A program made the translations under genes and the position numbers. A stretch of DNA of 64,000 nt from NCBI GenBank assembly GCA_041576165.1, contig JBFGLM010000014.1, positions 1-64,000 of the forward strand, written 5' to 3'. The notes beneath the pieces were generated by a model. The model worked only from the letters and a program-made list of their open reading frames with translations, searched no databases and was not told where the DNA came from. The DNA is from Acidimicrobiia bacterium (GTDB lineage: Bacteria; Actinomycetota; Acidimicrobiia; Spongiisociales; Spongiisociaceae). This document shows positions 48,299-57,700 of the stretch, one piece after another; position 1 is the stretch's first letter; each line of letters opens with the position of its first letter.

Positions 48299-49510
48299 TC
48301 AGGCCGCGCTCAGGGTGTGCGCCGCAGTCTCGGTGATCTGTTCGATACCCCAGCTGAGATCGTCCTCCCCGATGATCAAGGGTGGAGCGAAGCGGACGCT
48401 GTGGCCGTGGGTGTCTTTGGCGATGACCCGTCGCTTCAAGAGGGCTTCGACGAAGTCACGCCCGCTCGGCCCCTGCGCCGGCAGATCAACTCCAGCCCAA
48501 AGACCCCGGCCGCGGACCGAGACTACGCCGTCGACTGAACGCAGCCCGCTGCGCAGCACCCGTCCGAGTTCGCGGGCGCGCTGCTGATACTCGCCGGTCT
48601 TGAGCATCGAGACGACTTCTCGCCCGATGGCGGCGGCCAGTGGGTTGCCGCCGAAGGTGCTGCCATGTTCGCCCGGCTGCAGAACGCCCATGACGGCCCA
48701 GTTGGCGACCACCGCCGAGAGCGGCACGATGCCTCCGCCCAGAGCTTTGCCAAGGATGTAAACGTCGGGTCTGACGTCGTCGTGGTCGCATGCGAAGGTG
48801 TGTCCGGTCCGGCCGAGGCCCGACTGGATTTCGTCTGCGATGAACAGCACGCCGTAGCGGGCCGTGATCGCTCTCACCTTGCGCAAGTACCGGGGGGGCG
48901 GGGTGATGACTCCGGCTTCACCCTGGACGGGCTCCAGCAACACCGCAACGGTGGTCTCGTCGATGGCGGCTTCGAGCGCGTCGGCGTCGCCGAACGGCAC
49001 CGATCGGAAGCCCGGTGTGAACGGCCCGAATCCGGTGCGAGCCTGCGGATCGTCGGAGAAGCTGATGATCGAGATCGTCCGGCCGTGAAAGTTGCCGTCG
49101 GCGACGATGATCGTCGCCGTGCCAGGTGCGACACCCTTGGCTTCGTAGCCCCATTTGCGAGCCAGCTTGAGCGCGGTTTCGACCGCCTCGGCGCCACTGT
49201 TCATCAACAGGGCCGCGTCCAGCCCGGTGAGCTCGGCCAAGTCGCGGCACAACCGACCCATCTGGTCGTTGTGTATGGCCCGGCTGGTCAGTGTCACCTT
49301 GGCCAGCTGTCGTTCGGCGGCTGCGACCAGGCGGGGGTGGCGGTGGCCGAAGTTGAGCGCCGAATACGCCGACAGCATGTCCAGGTAGCGGACACCCTCG
49401 ACATCGGTGATCCACGCCCCCTCGGCGCACGCGGCTGCCACCGGGAGCGGGTGATAGTTGTGAGCGGCGAACCGCTCATCAGCGCGAATGATGTCGTCGT
49501 TCTTGGCCAT
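48299..49510 (-). CDS. rocD: Ornithine--oxo-acid aminotransferase
   Basis: AHNYHPLPV, LSAYSALNFGHRHP, MNSGAEAVETA, DEIQSGLGRTG, LGKALGGG, GEHGSTFGGNPL. Confidence 0.96.
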   Translation of the reverse strand: MAKNDDIIRADERFAAHNYHPLPVAAACAEGAWITDVEGVRYLDMLSAYSALNFGHRHPRLVAAAERQLAKVTLTSRAIHNDQMGRLCRDLAELTGLDAALLMNSGAEAVETALKLARKWGYEAKGVAPGTATIIVADGNFHGRTISIISFSDDPQARTGFGPFTPGFRSVPFGDADALEAAIDETTVAVLLEPVQGEAGVITPPPRYLRKVRAITARYGVLFIADEIQSGLGRTGHTFACDHDDVRPDVYILGKALGGGIVPLSAVVANWAVMGVLQPGEHGSTFGGNPLAAAIGREVVSMLKTGEYQQRARELGRVLRSGLRSVDGVVSVRGRGLWAGVDLPAQGPSGRDFVEALLKRRVIAKDTHGHSVRFAPPLIIGEDDLSWGIEQITETAAHTLSAA

Positions 49511-50355
49511 CACGCAGTCTTCGCGGCCTGAGCGCCGGTCCCGATGTCGAGCGGTAACGTCAGGCAGCGGACGGCGCCCCCCGCTTTCAAGAACTCGCCT
49601 ACGGGGGTCACGACTGGGTGAAACCCGCGGCTGCGCAGCTCGTCACACAGCCGCGTACTGAGGTATGGGCTGATGACGGTGCGGTCGATGACGATCGAGT
49701 TGGCGGCGAACTTGAGCGCTTCCTCGTCCGTGAGAAGGACGGGATCAGGGACGAGAGCTTGCAGCGTCTCCAGCCCACGATCGGTCAGCCCGGCCGGCGC
49801 GATGAGGGCACTGTGCGAATCGAGCGGAGCGAACACCAGGTCGATGTGGTACAGACGGGGATCGGGCAGCGCGAGCGGTAGCACCGGGATCGCCAGCACC
49901 TGGCTGATGTTGCGCCAGGCGGCCCGGCTGGACCGTTGACCGTGACCGGCGATGAGTTGGTCAGCAAAGGGCAGCGCATCGCCCATACCCTCGAATGCTC
50001 CACCGGAGATGCTTTGGACAATGAAGCCATTGGCCGCAGCCCACTCGGCATAGAGCTCGGGCTCTCCGTCACGCTCGGGGAAACGCATCCGGGCAGGCAA
50101 GAACATCCCTCCGGTGACCACACCCGCATTGGCGCTGAAGACCATGTCGGGGAGGGAAGGATCTGGAGCGACCGTTTCCACCCGGCCACTTGCTTGCTCG
50201 ATCGCCGTCACCAGGCCATGCCACTGGCGTTGCGCGGACGTGCGATCGACGGCAGCTTCCTGGTCCATCCAGGGGTTGATGGCATACTCCACCGTGAAGT
50301 AGTCGGGCGGGCACATGAGGTAGCGATGTCCCCAGTCGAGACTGGTCCTCTGCAT
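49510..50355 (-). CDS. Amidinotransferase/pentein family enzyme (DDAH- or arginine-dihydrolase-like)
   Basis: LMCPPDYFTVEYAINPWMD, PDMVFSANAG, FEGMGD, YHID, GGAVRCLTL (catalytic Cys); TGATG coupling to rocD. Confidence 0.88.
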   Translation of the reverse strand: MQRTSLDWGHRYLMCPPDYFTVEYAINPWMDQEAAVDRTSAQRQWHGLVTAIEQASGRVETVAPDPSLPDMVFSANAGVVTGGMFLPARMRFPERDGEPELYAEWAAANGFIVQSISGGAFEGMGDALPFADQLIAGHGQRSSRAAWRNISQVLAIPVLPLALPDPRLYHIDLVFAPLDSHSALIAPAGLTDRGLETLQALVPDPVLLTDEEALKFAANSIVIDRTVISPYLSTRLCDELRSRGFHPVVTPVGEFLKAGGAVRCLTLPLDIGTGAQAAKTA

Positions 50356-50517
50356 ACAGCTCCTCCTTCGCGTCGCCGCAGCCGCCGGTCCAGTGCCGCG
50401 GAATGGCACGGCTCGTTCACGGCTGGTCAATTGGATGACCGTTCAGTACAGTGTATTGTATCACTATATAATGACTAATGAGATCAATGTATTTGACCGG
50501 CTGAGACGAGGTTTCCT

Positions 50518-51117
50518 GTGAGCGACGATGTGATCACTCAAGCGCCGACCGTGACCGAGGCGGTGGCCCGCAATGTACGCGAAGCCCGCATCGAGCGGGG
50601 GTGGACCCTTGACCAACTGGCCGGCCGCTCTGGGGTCAGCAAGGGCATGGTCGTCCAGATCGAACAAGGAAGGACCAACCCCAGCATCGGTACGTTGAGC
50701 AAGATCTCCGAGGCCCTGGGAGTGTCGCTGCCGGACCTCGTGGACAACGGGGGAGCACCCACGGTGCGTGTTGTCGAAAGCGACCAGGCGGCGCTGCTGT
50801 GGGATACATCCGCCGGAAGCAGCGCGCGGCTGCTGGTCGGCGGGCGCCGGCCCGACTTCATCGAACTGTGGGAGTGGGTGCTCGTTCCCGGCGAAGAATA
50901 CGAGGGCACCGTGCACCCGCTCGGGATACGCGAGCTGCTGTATGTAGACAAGGGGGTTTTGAGCTTGGCGGTGGGAGAACACGAGTACCGGCTGGCCGCG
51001 GGCACATCGGCGGCGTACCCCGGCGACCAACCTCACCGCTACCGCAACGACGGACCCGACCGAGTTCGCATATTCCTGGTCATGGTCGACCCTGGAGGAA
51101 CCGGGCGCAGCGGGTGA
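50518..51117 (+). CDS. XRE-family HTH regulator with cupin sensor domain
   Basis: WTLDQLAGRSGVSKGMVVQIEQGRTNPSIGTL; HPLGIRE...GDQPHRYRN; divergent from catabolic operon. Confidence 0.92.
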   Translation: MSDDVITQAPTVTEAVARNVREARIERGWTLDQLAGRSGVSKGMVVQIEQGRTNPSIGTLSKISEALGVSLPDLVDNGGAPTVRVVESDQAALLWDTSAGSSARLLVGGRRPDFIELWEWVLVPGEEYEGTVHPLGIRELLYVDKGVLSLAVGEHEYRLAAGTSAAYPGDQPHRYRNDGPDRVRIFLVMVDPGGTGRSG

Positions 51118-51135
51118 TCGGCAGGGTCGGAGCCC

Positions 51136-52314
51136 TCAGCCCGCCAGCTCTTTCTCGACCGGCGTCCGGAACCGGGGCGTCACCACCGTCCCGTCCAGGA
51201 TCCCCTCCAGCCGGCTCACTTCTTCGTGTAACAGCGCGTCGTGTGTGGAGGAGAGCGGCTCGAACAATGCGGTGACGATCTCACCCGTGGGGCGCTGTCC
51301 CCATCCGCCCACCACGCGGCCGTCGGCCCACAAGGTAGGACCGGCATTGCCGTTGCGGTCGAACAGACGGGCCGCGTGACTCCCGAAATACCAATCGCGC
51401 TCCTTCCAGCCCATCGGTGTGGGGTCCAGGCCTGGTAAGAGCGCCACCCACGATTCGGGCGCTGCAGTGCCTCCGACGTCGCCGGTCAACACCCAGCCGG
51501 TGCCCTCGTCGAGCGCCACTTCGACCGCGCGGTTGGCGACCAGCGCTTCGCGTGTCTGGCGGACCGTCCACCCCGTCCACCATTTCAGGTCGTTGAATGT
51601 GCCGGGCCCGTAGCCGGCCAGCCAACGGCCGGCGAGATCCGTTCGGGCATCCGACGGATCTATGTCGGGCATCGCTCGACCCAACCACGCCTCCATGGGC
51701 GCCCACCGGTACTGGCTACTGAGCCAACTTCCTCGGGGGCGGGCACGGACGATCTTGCCTTCGGTCGCGAGCAGGAACAGGACCCGGGTGGAGATACCCA
51801 TTTCACCGGCCCACATGGCTTCGCCTCCGAACCGCAGTTTCTGTTTGAGTGCCGGCACATCGGTCGACAGTTCACGCGCCACTGCCTGCCCGCGCTGCGT
51901 CAGCGCTGCCAGCGTGCGTTGCTGCACGTCGTCGAGCCAGCCGTCTCCGTTCTGGGCGACATCTTGGTCTTCGAGCATCTTGACCAGCTTGGTCCGCTCC
52001 CGCTTCGCGAGCGGCGCCGAGCAGCCGTGGTGGAGCAGCGGTGCGAGATCTGTAGGTACGACAAACATCGTCCGGCGCATTCCGAGCACGCGTACGAGCG
52101 TGCGGGCTGTGTAGAGCGAATTGGCGACCGCATCGATCGAAGGCTCTGCCATTCGGGCCCAGGCCGACAGATACACGGTTGCCGGATCGCTGGAATGAAG
52201 ACCGACCTGGGCCTCGGCGACCTCCTCGACTCGCTGTGCGCGGCCAATAGGGGTCAGGTGATGGCGGAGTGCGAGGCGGTGCCGACGTTCCGCGGTACTG
52301 ATCGTCGGGGTCAC
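51136..52314 (-). CDS. AlkZ-like winged-helix (HTH_42) DNA glycosylase family protein
   Basis: GLHSSDPATVYLSAWAR, GMRRTMF, YGPGT..DLKWWTG, LLPGLDPTPMGWKER, DGRVVGGW. Confidence 0.82.
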   Translation of the reverse strand: MTPTISTAERRHRLALRHHLTPIGRAQRVEEVAEAQVGLHSSDPATVYLSAWARMAEPSIDAVANSLYTARTLVRVLGMRRTMFVVPTDLAPLLHHGCSAPLAKRERTKLVKMLEDQDVAQNGDGWLDDVQQRTLAALTQRGQAVARELSTDVPALKQKLRFGGEAMWAGEMGISTRVLFLLATEGKIVRARPRGSWLSSQYRWAPMEAWLGRAMPDIDPSDARTDLAGRWLAGYGPGTFNDLKWWTGWTVRQTREALVANRAVEVALDEGTGWVLTGDVGGTAAPESWVALLPGLDPTPMGWKERDWYFGSHAARLFDRNGNAGPTLWADGRVVGGWGQRPTGEIVTALFEPLSSTHDALLHEEVSRLEGILDGTVVTPRFRTPVEKELAG

Positions 52315-52727
52315 GCCGGATGGTCGACGACGTGGGCCAGCTCATCAAGCTCAGGCATAAGGATGACGCTCTCTTGTTCATTGGGGTCGGTCCGGGCCAC
52401 CAGAGCCCGGGCCGGCTCGTTCTTGCTGGCGTTCACGGGCAGATGGGGGACGCCGCCCGGGATGTACACGAAGTCTCCCGGTCCGACGTCGATTCTCTCC
52501 CGGAGCTCTTCGCCGTACCACATTGCAGCACGGCCCTCGAGCACATAGATTGCCGTCTCGTGACCGGCATGGCGGTGGGCCTTGGCCCTGCCGCCGGGCG
52601 GTATCTCGAGCAGATGGGCACACAGACTCTGGGCGCCCACCGACTCGGCCGAAACTCCCATGAACTGGTTGAGGCCTTGTTTGCTCTCGGTGCCGGTGGA
52701 TGATCTGACCACCGCAACCCCTGCCAT
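52311..52727 (-). CDS. Cupin domain protein
   Basis: IPPGGRAKAHRHAGHETAIYVLEG, GDFVYIPGGVPHLP, RTDPNEQES. Confidence 0.88.
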   Translation of the reverse strand: MAGVAVVRSSTGTESKQGLNQFMGVSAESVGAQSLCAHLLEIPPGGRAKAHRHAGHETAIYVLEGRAAMWYGEELRERIDVGPGDFVYIPGGVPHLPVNASKNEPARALVARTDPNEQESVILMPELDELAHVVDHPA

Positions 52728-52799
52728 CTTCACCCCTTCTTCGGTCGACGCCGAGGCTACCGGGGAGGGACGCCACCCTCACAGTGGGGGAAGCAGTGT

Positions 52800-53477
52800 T
52801 CAGTTCGACTTCGAATCGGGGTCGGCGTTCACTTCGGCTGCGAGCCGGTTCCGATCGAGGACCCGGATGCTGCGGTACCCCGTTTCGACCAGCCCGGCTT
52901 CGGCGAGTTCAGACAGCGACCGGTTGATCGTCTGACGGCGTACTCCCAACATGGCGGCCATCGTGGTCTGGGACATCTCGACGTGCCCGGCATCGTCGGC
53001 GTGTTCGACGAGCAGGCCTGCAACTTGCTGGCGGGCCGTGCGTCCAAGCAACAGCTCCAGCTGGTCGTGGGATTCGCCGAGCGCACGCATCGCCGCCGTC
53101 AGAAATGCAAGCGACAGCGACGTGCTCGACTCCAGCAGCGGGATCAGTTTGCGGCGGTCGAACCAGTAGATCTCGCAGTACGTCGCCACGTAGGCGCTCG
53201 ACTGGTACGGCACGTTGAGGAACATCGAGATGTCGCCGATGAACTTGCCGCTGCCGGGTCGCGTGATGATTCGCTGGCGACCGTTGTGTCGGGAAACCTC
53301 GACGATCCCACGCAAGATCAGATGGCAGTACCGGGATGGCTCTCCCTGGTCGAAGACTTTGTCACCGGGTCGGTAGACGATCACGTCCCCGCATTCGGCC
53401 AGTGCCTCCAGGTCGGCCCGCGACGGGCGTTTCCCGAGCGTCGCCCGTAAGGTCCGGATCAGGCGTGGGTTGCTCAT
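52800..53477 (-). CDS. Crp/Fnr family transcriptional regulator
   Basis: YRPGDKVFDQGE (cNMP fold), MSQTTMAAMLGVRRQTINRSL (HTH); GGAGGA SD. Confidence 0.88.
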   Translation of the reverse strand: MSNPRLIRTLRATLGKRPSRADLEALAECGDVIVYRPGDKVFDQGEPSRYCHLILRGIVEVSRHNGRQRIITRPGSGKFIGDISMFLNVPYQSSAYVATYCEIYWFDRRKLIPLLESSTSLSLAFLTAAMRALGESHDQLELLLGRTARQQVAGLLVEHADDAGHVEMSQTTMAAMLGVRRQTINRSLSELAEAGLVETGYRSIRVLDRNRLAAEVNADPDSKSN

Positions 53478-53689
53478 CTGTGGTCCTCCCGGCCGAGCGG
53501 TGCGGGTGGTCGGCGCCCGGATCATCGCCGCCTGTTCGAGACCGCTCAATCTTGCCGGTTGGTCCGGGGCCGCCCTTGCTTGTGGACGTGGAGTCACAGG
53601 TTAGAAGGATTGATCGTGCGGTTGCTGCAATGCGCCTGTCGGGAAGTCGCAGGCCAGACGGGACGGCAGGTGGTGTGGGAACGGCGATC

Positions 53690-54583
53690 CTACGGCCTCA
53701 CCTGCTGGGCGAGGCGCGCGTACGGCGATGCTCCCCGTGTCGACACGCCACTCAGACCCGACTCGAGTTCCCCGCGGGCGGCGCCGAGGATCGCTTCGAC
53801 GGCGATCCCTCCGGCTTCCGGATCGTCTGGGTCGACCAGCTCGGAATGGCGGGTGTTGGCGACGTGTAGACCGGGGTGGTGGCCGGCGTCGACCAGCCGT
53901 TCGTAATAGCTCTCGGCGTGGTCGATCGGCACATTGGTGTCGCGCACGCCGTGGATCAGCATCATCGGCACATCGACGGACCGACCTGTTTTGCCTTCCG
54001 GGGTGAAGTGAGAGGCGTCGACCTCGCCCCACAGCGTTTGGATTCGCCATCCGTAGTGGTAGGCGCCACCCAGGCCGATGAAAGCTTCCGGGACGTGGGA
54101 GATGTGGTCCAGGCAGCTGAAGTCGTAACCGCCGTGCGGGGTCAGCGCTAAACCCGACCCGGGCAGGCCGCCGTAGGAGAAGCCAACCAGTATCAGGTTG
54201 TCCGGATCTGCGCCGTACCGGGAGGCCTGGTTGCGGGCGTAGCGGACCGAACAGACCACATCTTCGAAGGTGTCTCGAACGGCCTGGCGAGTCCGCGGCT
54301 GGCCGCTGTAGTAGGTGGGGACAAAAACGGCTGCACCCCTCGATGCAACGGCTTGGGCCAGACGGTGCATATCGCCGTTGCCTGTGTTCCCGCCACCGTG
54401 CAGCAGAACCACGAGCGGAACGGGTTCGTCGCCGGGTTCGGCTGGAGCGAATAGGTCAATCGTCTGGGTGTTGGGTCCGGTCAAGTCGTGGATGACCGTG
54501 ACCTCCTGCGCACCGGAGGCGGCCGGTACCGACAGCAATCCGAAGGCAATTATGGATGCGATGGTGCGGGCTGTATGTGACAT
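53690..54583 (-). CDS. Secreted alpha/beta hydrolase (esterase/lipase)
   Basis: Signal peptide, HGGG oxyanion motif, GFSYGG nucleophile elbow, HGVRDTNVP, C-terminal His. Confidence 0.88.
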   Translation of the reverse strand: MSHTARTIASIIAFGLLSVPAASGAQEVTVIHDLTGPNTQTIDLFAPAEPGDEPVPLVVLLHGGGNTGNGDMHRLAQAVASRGAAVFVPTYYSGQPRTRQAVRDTFEDVVCSVRYARNQASRYGADPDNLILVGFSYGGLPGSGLALTPHGGYDFSCLDHISHVPEAFIGLGGAYHYGWRIQTLWGEVDASHFTPEGKTGRSVDVPMMLIHGVRDTNVPIDHAESYYERLVDAGHHPGLHVANTRHSELVDPDDPEAGGIAVEAILGAARGELESGLSGVSTRGASPYARLAQQVRP

Positions 54584-54649
54584 GCCCGCACCGTCCGGCG
54601 CAGCACTTACAGATCGCTCAGGCTGGGCCTAACACCGGCTGGACCCCCT

Positions 54650-54669
54650 GAAAGGTGCGAGAAAGGTGC
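54650..54669. promoter_or_regulatory. 11-bp-phased direct repeat, probable SARP operator
   Basis: GAAAGGTGC at 54650 and 54661 between the SARP gene and the divergent hydrolase. Confidence 0.6.
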
Positions 54670-54740
54670 TCGGGGTGGGATTGTCGGGACCGGCAACGCC
54701 GGTGTCGGCGTAGCCTTGATCGAGGATGGAGGGGCCGGCC

Positions 54741-57700
54741 ATGCAATTCCAGATCCTGGGTCCGTTGGAGATGACCAGCAGTGGTCAGCCGGTCGATCTG
54801 GGTGCCAGGAAACAGCGCATGCTGCTGGCGCTGCTTCTGATCAACGCCAATCGGGTCGTGTCCACCGACCGGATTTTGGAAAGCCTGTGGGGGGACGACG
54901 CCGAGGGCAAGGAAAACGCCCTTTGGGTTTACGTCTCTCGCCTTCGCGGCGTCCTAGAACCCGAGCGGGGCAAGGGCGAGCAGGGGGAGGTACTCGTTAC
55001 CCGCGACCACGGATATCAGCTCAACGTCGATCCGGACGCGATCGACGCAGCACGGTTTGAGCGGGCCGCCGCCGAGGGGCGATCTCTGGTCAGGGACGAT
55101 CCCGAACGTGCGGCCGGCCTCTTGGCGACCGCGCTCGAGGAGTGGTCGGGTATTCCGTTGCAGGAGTTCGCATACGAGGAATTCGCCCAGTCCGAGTTGG
55201 CACGCCTCGAAGAGTTACGGGTCACGGCGCTGGAGGATCGGATTGAAGCCGACCTTCGCCGCGGCGCCGCCCGGGATGTGATCGCCGATCTGGAAGCTCT
55301 TCACGACCAGTACCCGCTCCGCGAGCGGCCGGTCGGCCAACTCATGCTGGCTTTGTACCGTTCCGGACGTCAGGCCGACGCGCTGAGGACCTTCACCCGC
55401 TACGAACGGCACTTGGCGGAGGAGCTCGGCGTTGAGGCGTCGCCGGAACTCCGGCGGCTCGAGGAGCAGATCTTGCTCCACGATTCCCGCATCCAAGCCA
55501 GTCGGCCGACCCGGGTTGCAGCCGCACACGTCGCCAGGGCAGTGAACCCCTACAAGGGCTTGCGGGCCTTTGGAGAGGATGACGCATCAGACTTCTACGG
55601 TCGCGAGCGTCTGATCGCCGACTTGATGCGCCGGATGGGTGAGGGCCAGCAGATGCTCGCTCTGGTCGGGGCGAGCGGGTCGGGCAAGTCGAGTGTTGTG
55701 AAGGCCGGCTTGATTCCCGCGATCCGCAAGTCCGACGACCCTGGCCGGCAGAGTTGGATAGTGGCGCAGATGGTGCCCGGATCCCATCCTTTTACCGAAC
55801 TCGAGGTGGCGTTGCTCCGGTCCACGCTTGATGGACCGGAGTCGCTGGCCGAGCAGATCCGGGTGCCGGACACGGGGATTCTGGGCGCATGTTTGCGGGT
55901 TTTGCCGGACCCGGACAGCCGTCTGTTGCTGGTGATAGACCAGTTCGAGGAGCTGTTCACCCTGGCCGAGGACGAGGCCGTCAGACGGGACTTCCTGGCA
56001 GGGCTGGTGACCGCAGTGGATGACCCACACGGACGGATCACCGTGGTGCTGACGCTGCGGGCCGATTTTTATCACCGGCCGTTGACCAATCCGGACTTTG
56101 GTGACCGGCTGGGCGAGGCCGTGGTCAACGTGGTTCCGCTGCGACCGGACGAACTGGAGACCGCCGCCCTCAAGCCCGCGCAACACATGGGGATGGAGCT
56201 CGAGCCGGCGCTGCTCGGGGCGCTGATCGGCGACGTGGCCGGTCAGCCGGGGGCGCTGCCGCTGTACCAATATGCCCTCACCGAACTCTTCGATCGCCGC
56301 GTGGGGAACACCCTCACGCTGGACGCGTACCGGGCCTCAGGTGGAGTGGCGGGTGCGCTGTCGACCCGGGCCGAAGATCTGTATGCGCGGCTGACCGTGA
56401 GCCAGCGGACCGCAGCGAAGCAGCTGTTCCTGCGACTGGTGACGATCGCGGAGACGGATGAGTGGTCGCGGCGGCGGGTGCCGGCCCGGGAGATCCTGGC
56501 GCTCGACCTGGACGTGCTGGCTCTGCAGGCGGCAATCGATCTCTATGCCGGCCACCGACTGCTGACGTTGGATCGGGATTCGACGACCGGGTCGCCGACG
56601 GTCGAGGTCGGCCACGAAGCATTGCTCAACGAGTGGGAGCGTTTGCGCGACTGGATCGACGCTGCCCGTGACGACGTCCGGCGTCATGCTGCATTGACGA
56701 CGTCGATGTTCGAGTGGTGGGAATCGGCCCGGGATCCCGGCTTCCTGCTGACCGGGTCGCGGTTGGAAGCGTATGAGCAATGGGCGGGCCAGGCGACCAT
56801 GCAGCTGACGAAAGGTGAGCGGGAGTTCCTGGCGGCCTCGGTGGAGGCTCGGGACACGGCGGTGGAATTCGAGCTCGAACGCCAGCAGCTGGAGCTGCGG
56901 GCGGTCCGCTCGGCCAGGCGGAGGTTGTGGGGGCTTGGCGCACTGATCATTGCGGTTGCGGGTCTTGCGGTGGTGGTGCTCGCACTGGCGCCATGGTCAA
57001 CGAAGCCGGTGGTGACCGCCATGCTCCGGTCTGTGGATGGAGGAGGCCAGGACGCGCAGAATATGTTCGTTCGGGGCCTTGAGTCAGCTGAGCGTGACTT
57101 CGGTATCGAACTCGCTGTCGAGACCGGGCCGTTCGTGGACCTTCCGGCGGAGTACGACGTTGCGGTTCGAGATACGGACCTGTTCATTGGCAGCCTCGAC
57201 ACAATGCGAAGCTGGTGGCCAGGCTGGACGGACGCAGAAGCGCAAAGGTTACTGGCCCAGGACTCGCCTGGTACGAGTCGCGCGTATCTGGGGTTCCAGA
57301 CTCTCGTCCCTGATGCGGCCTCGGTCAGGTTGAGCGCGCACGAGGGTGCATATTTGGCCGGCGCAGCTGCGGCGCTGAACTCTCAGTCAAATGTGATCGC
57401 ATTCATCGGCCCGGTCCAGGTCGAAGACATCGAGTCATTTCGGGCGGGCTATGAGCAAGGTGCCCGCCACGCTCGGCCCGGCGTCCGTGTTTTGTCGCAG
57501 TACGTGACGACCACTGATTCCGAAGACGCAGCGTTCATGCCGCTATCGCCCGATCGCTGGCCGACAACAGCCCAAGCGGCCAGAACAGCCGACTTCTTGA
57601 TCGCGGAAGGCGCCGACGTTGTTTTCTGGGTCGGCGGGGTGGACGGGGGCATGGGCGTGCTCGAAGCGGTTGCGCGGGCAAACGAGGACGCGCACCGGGT

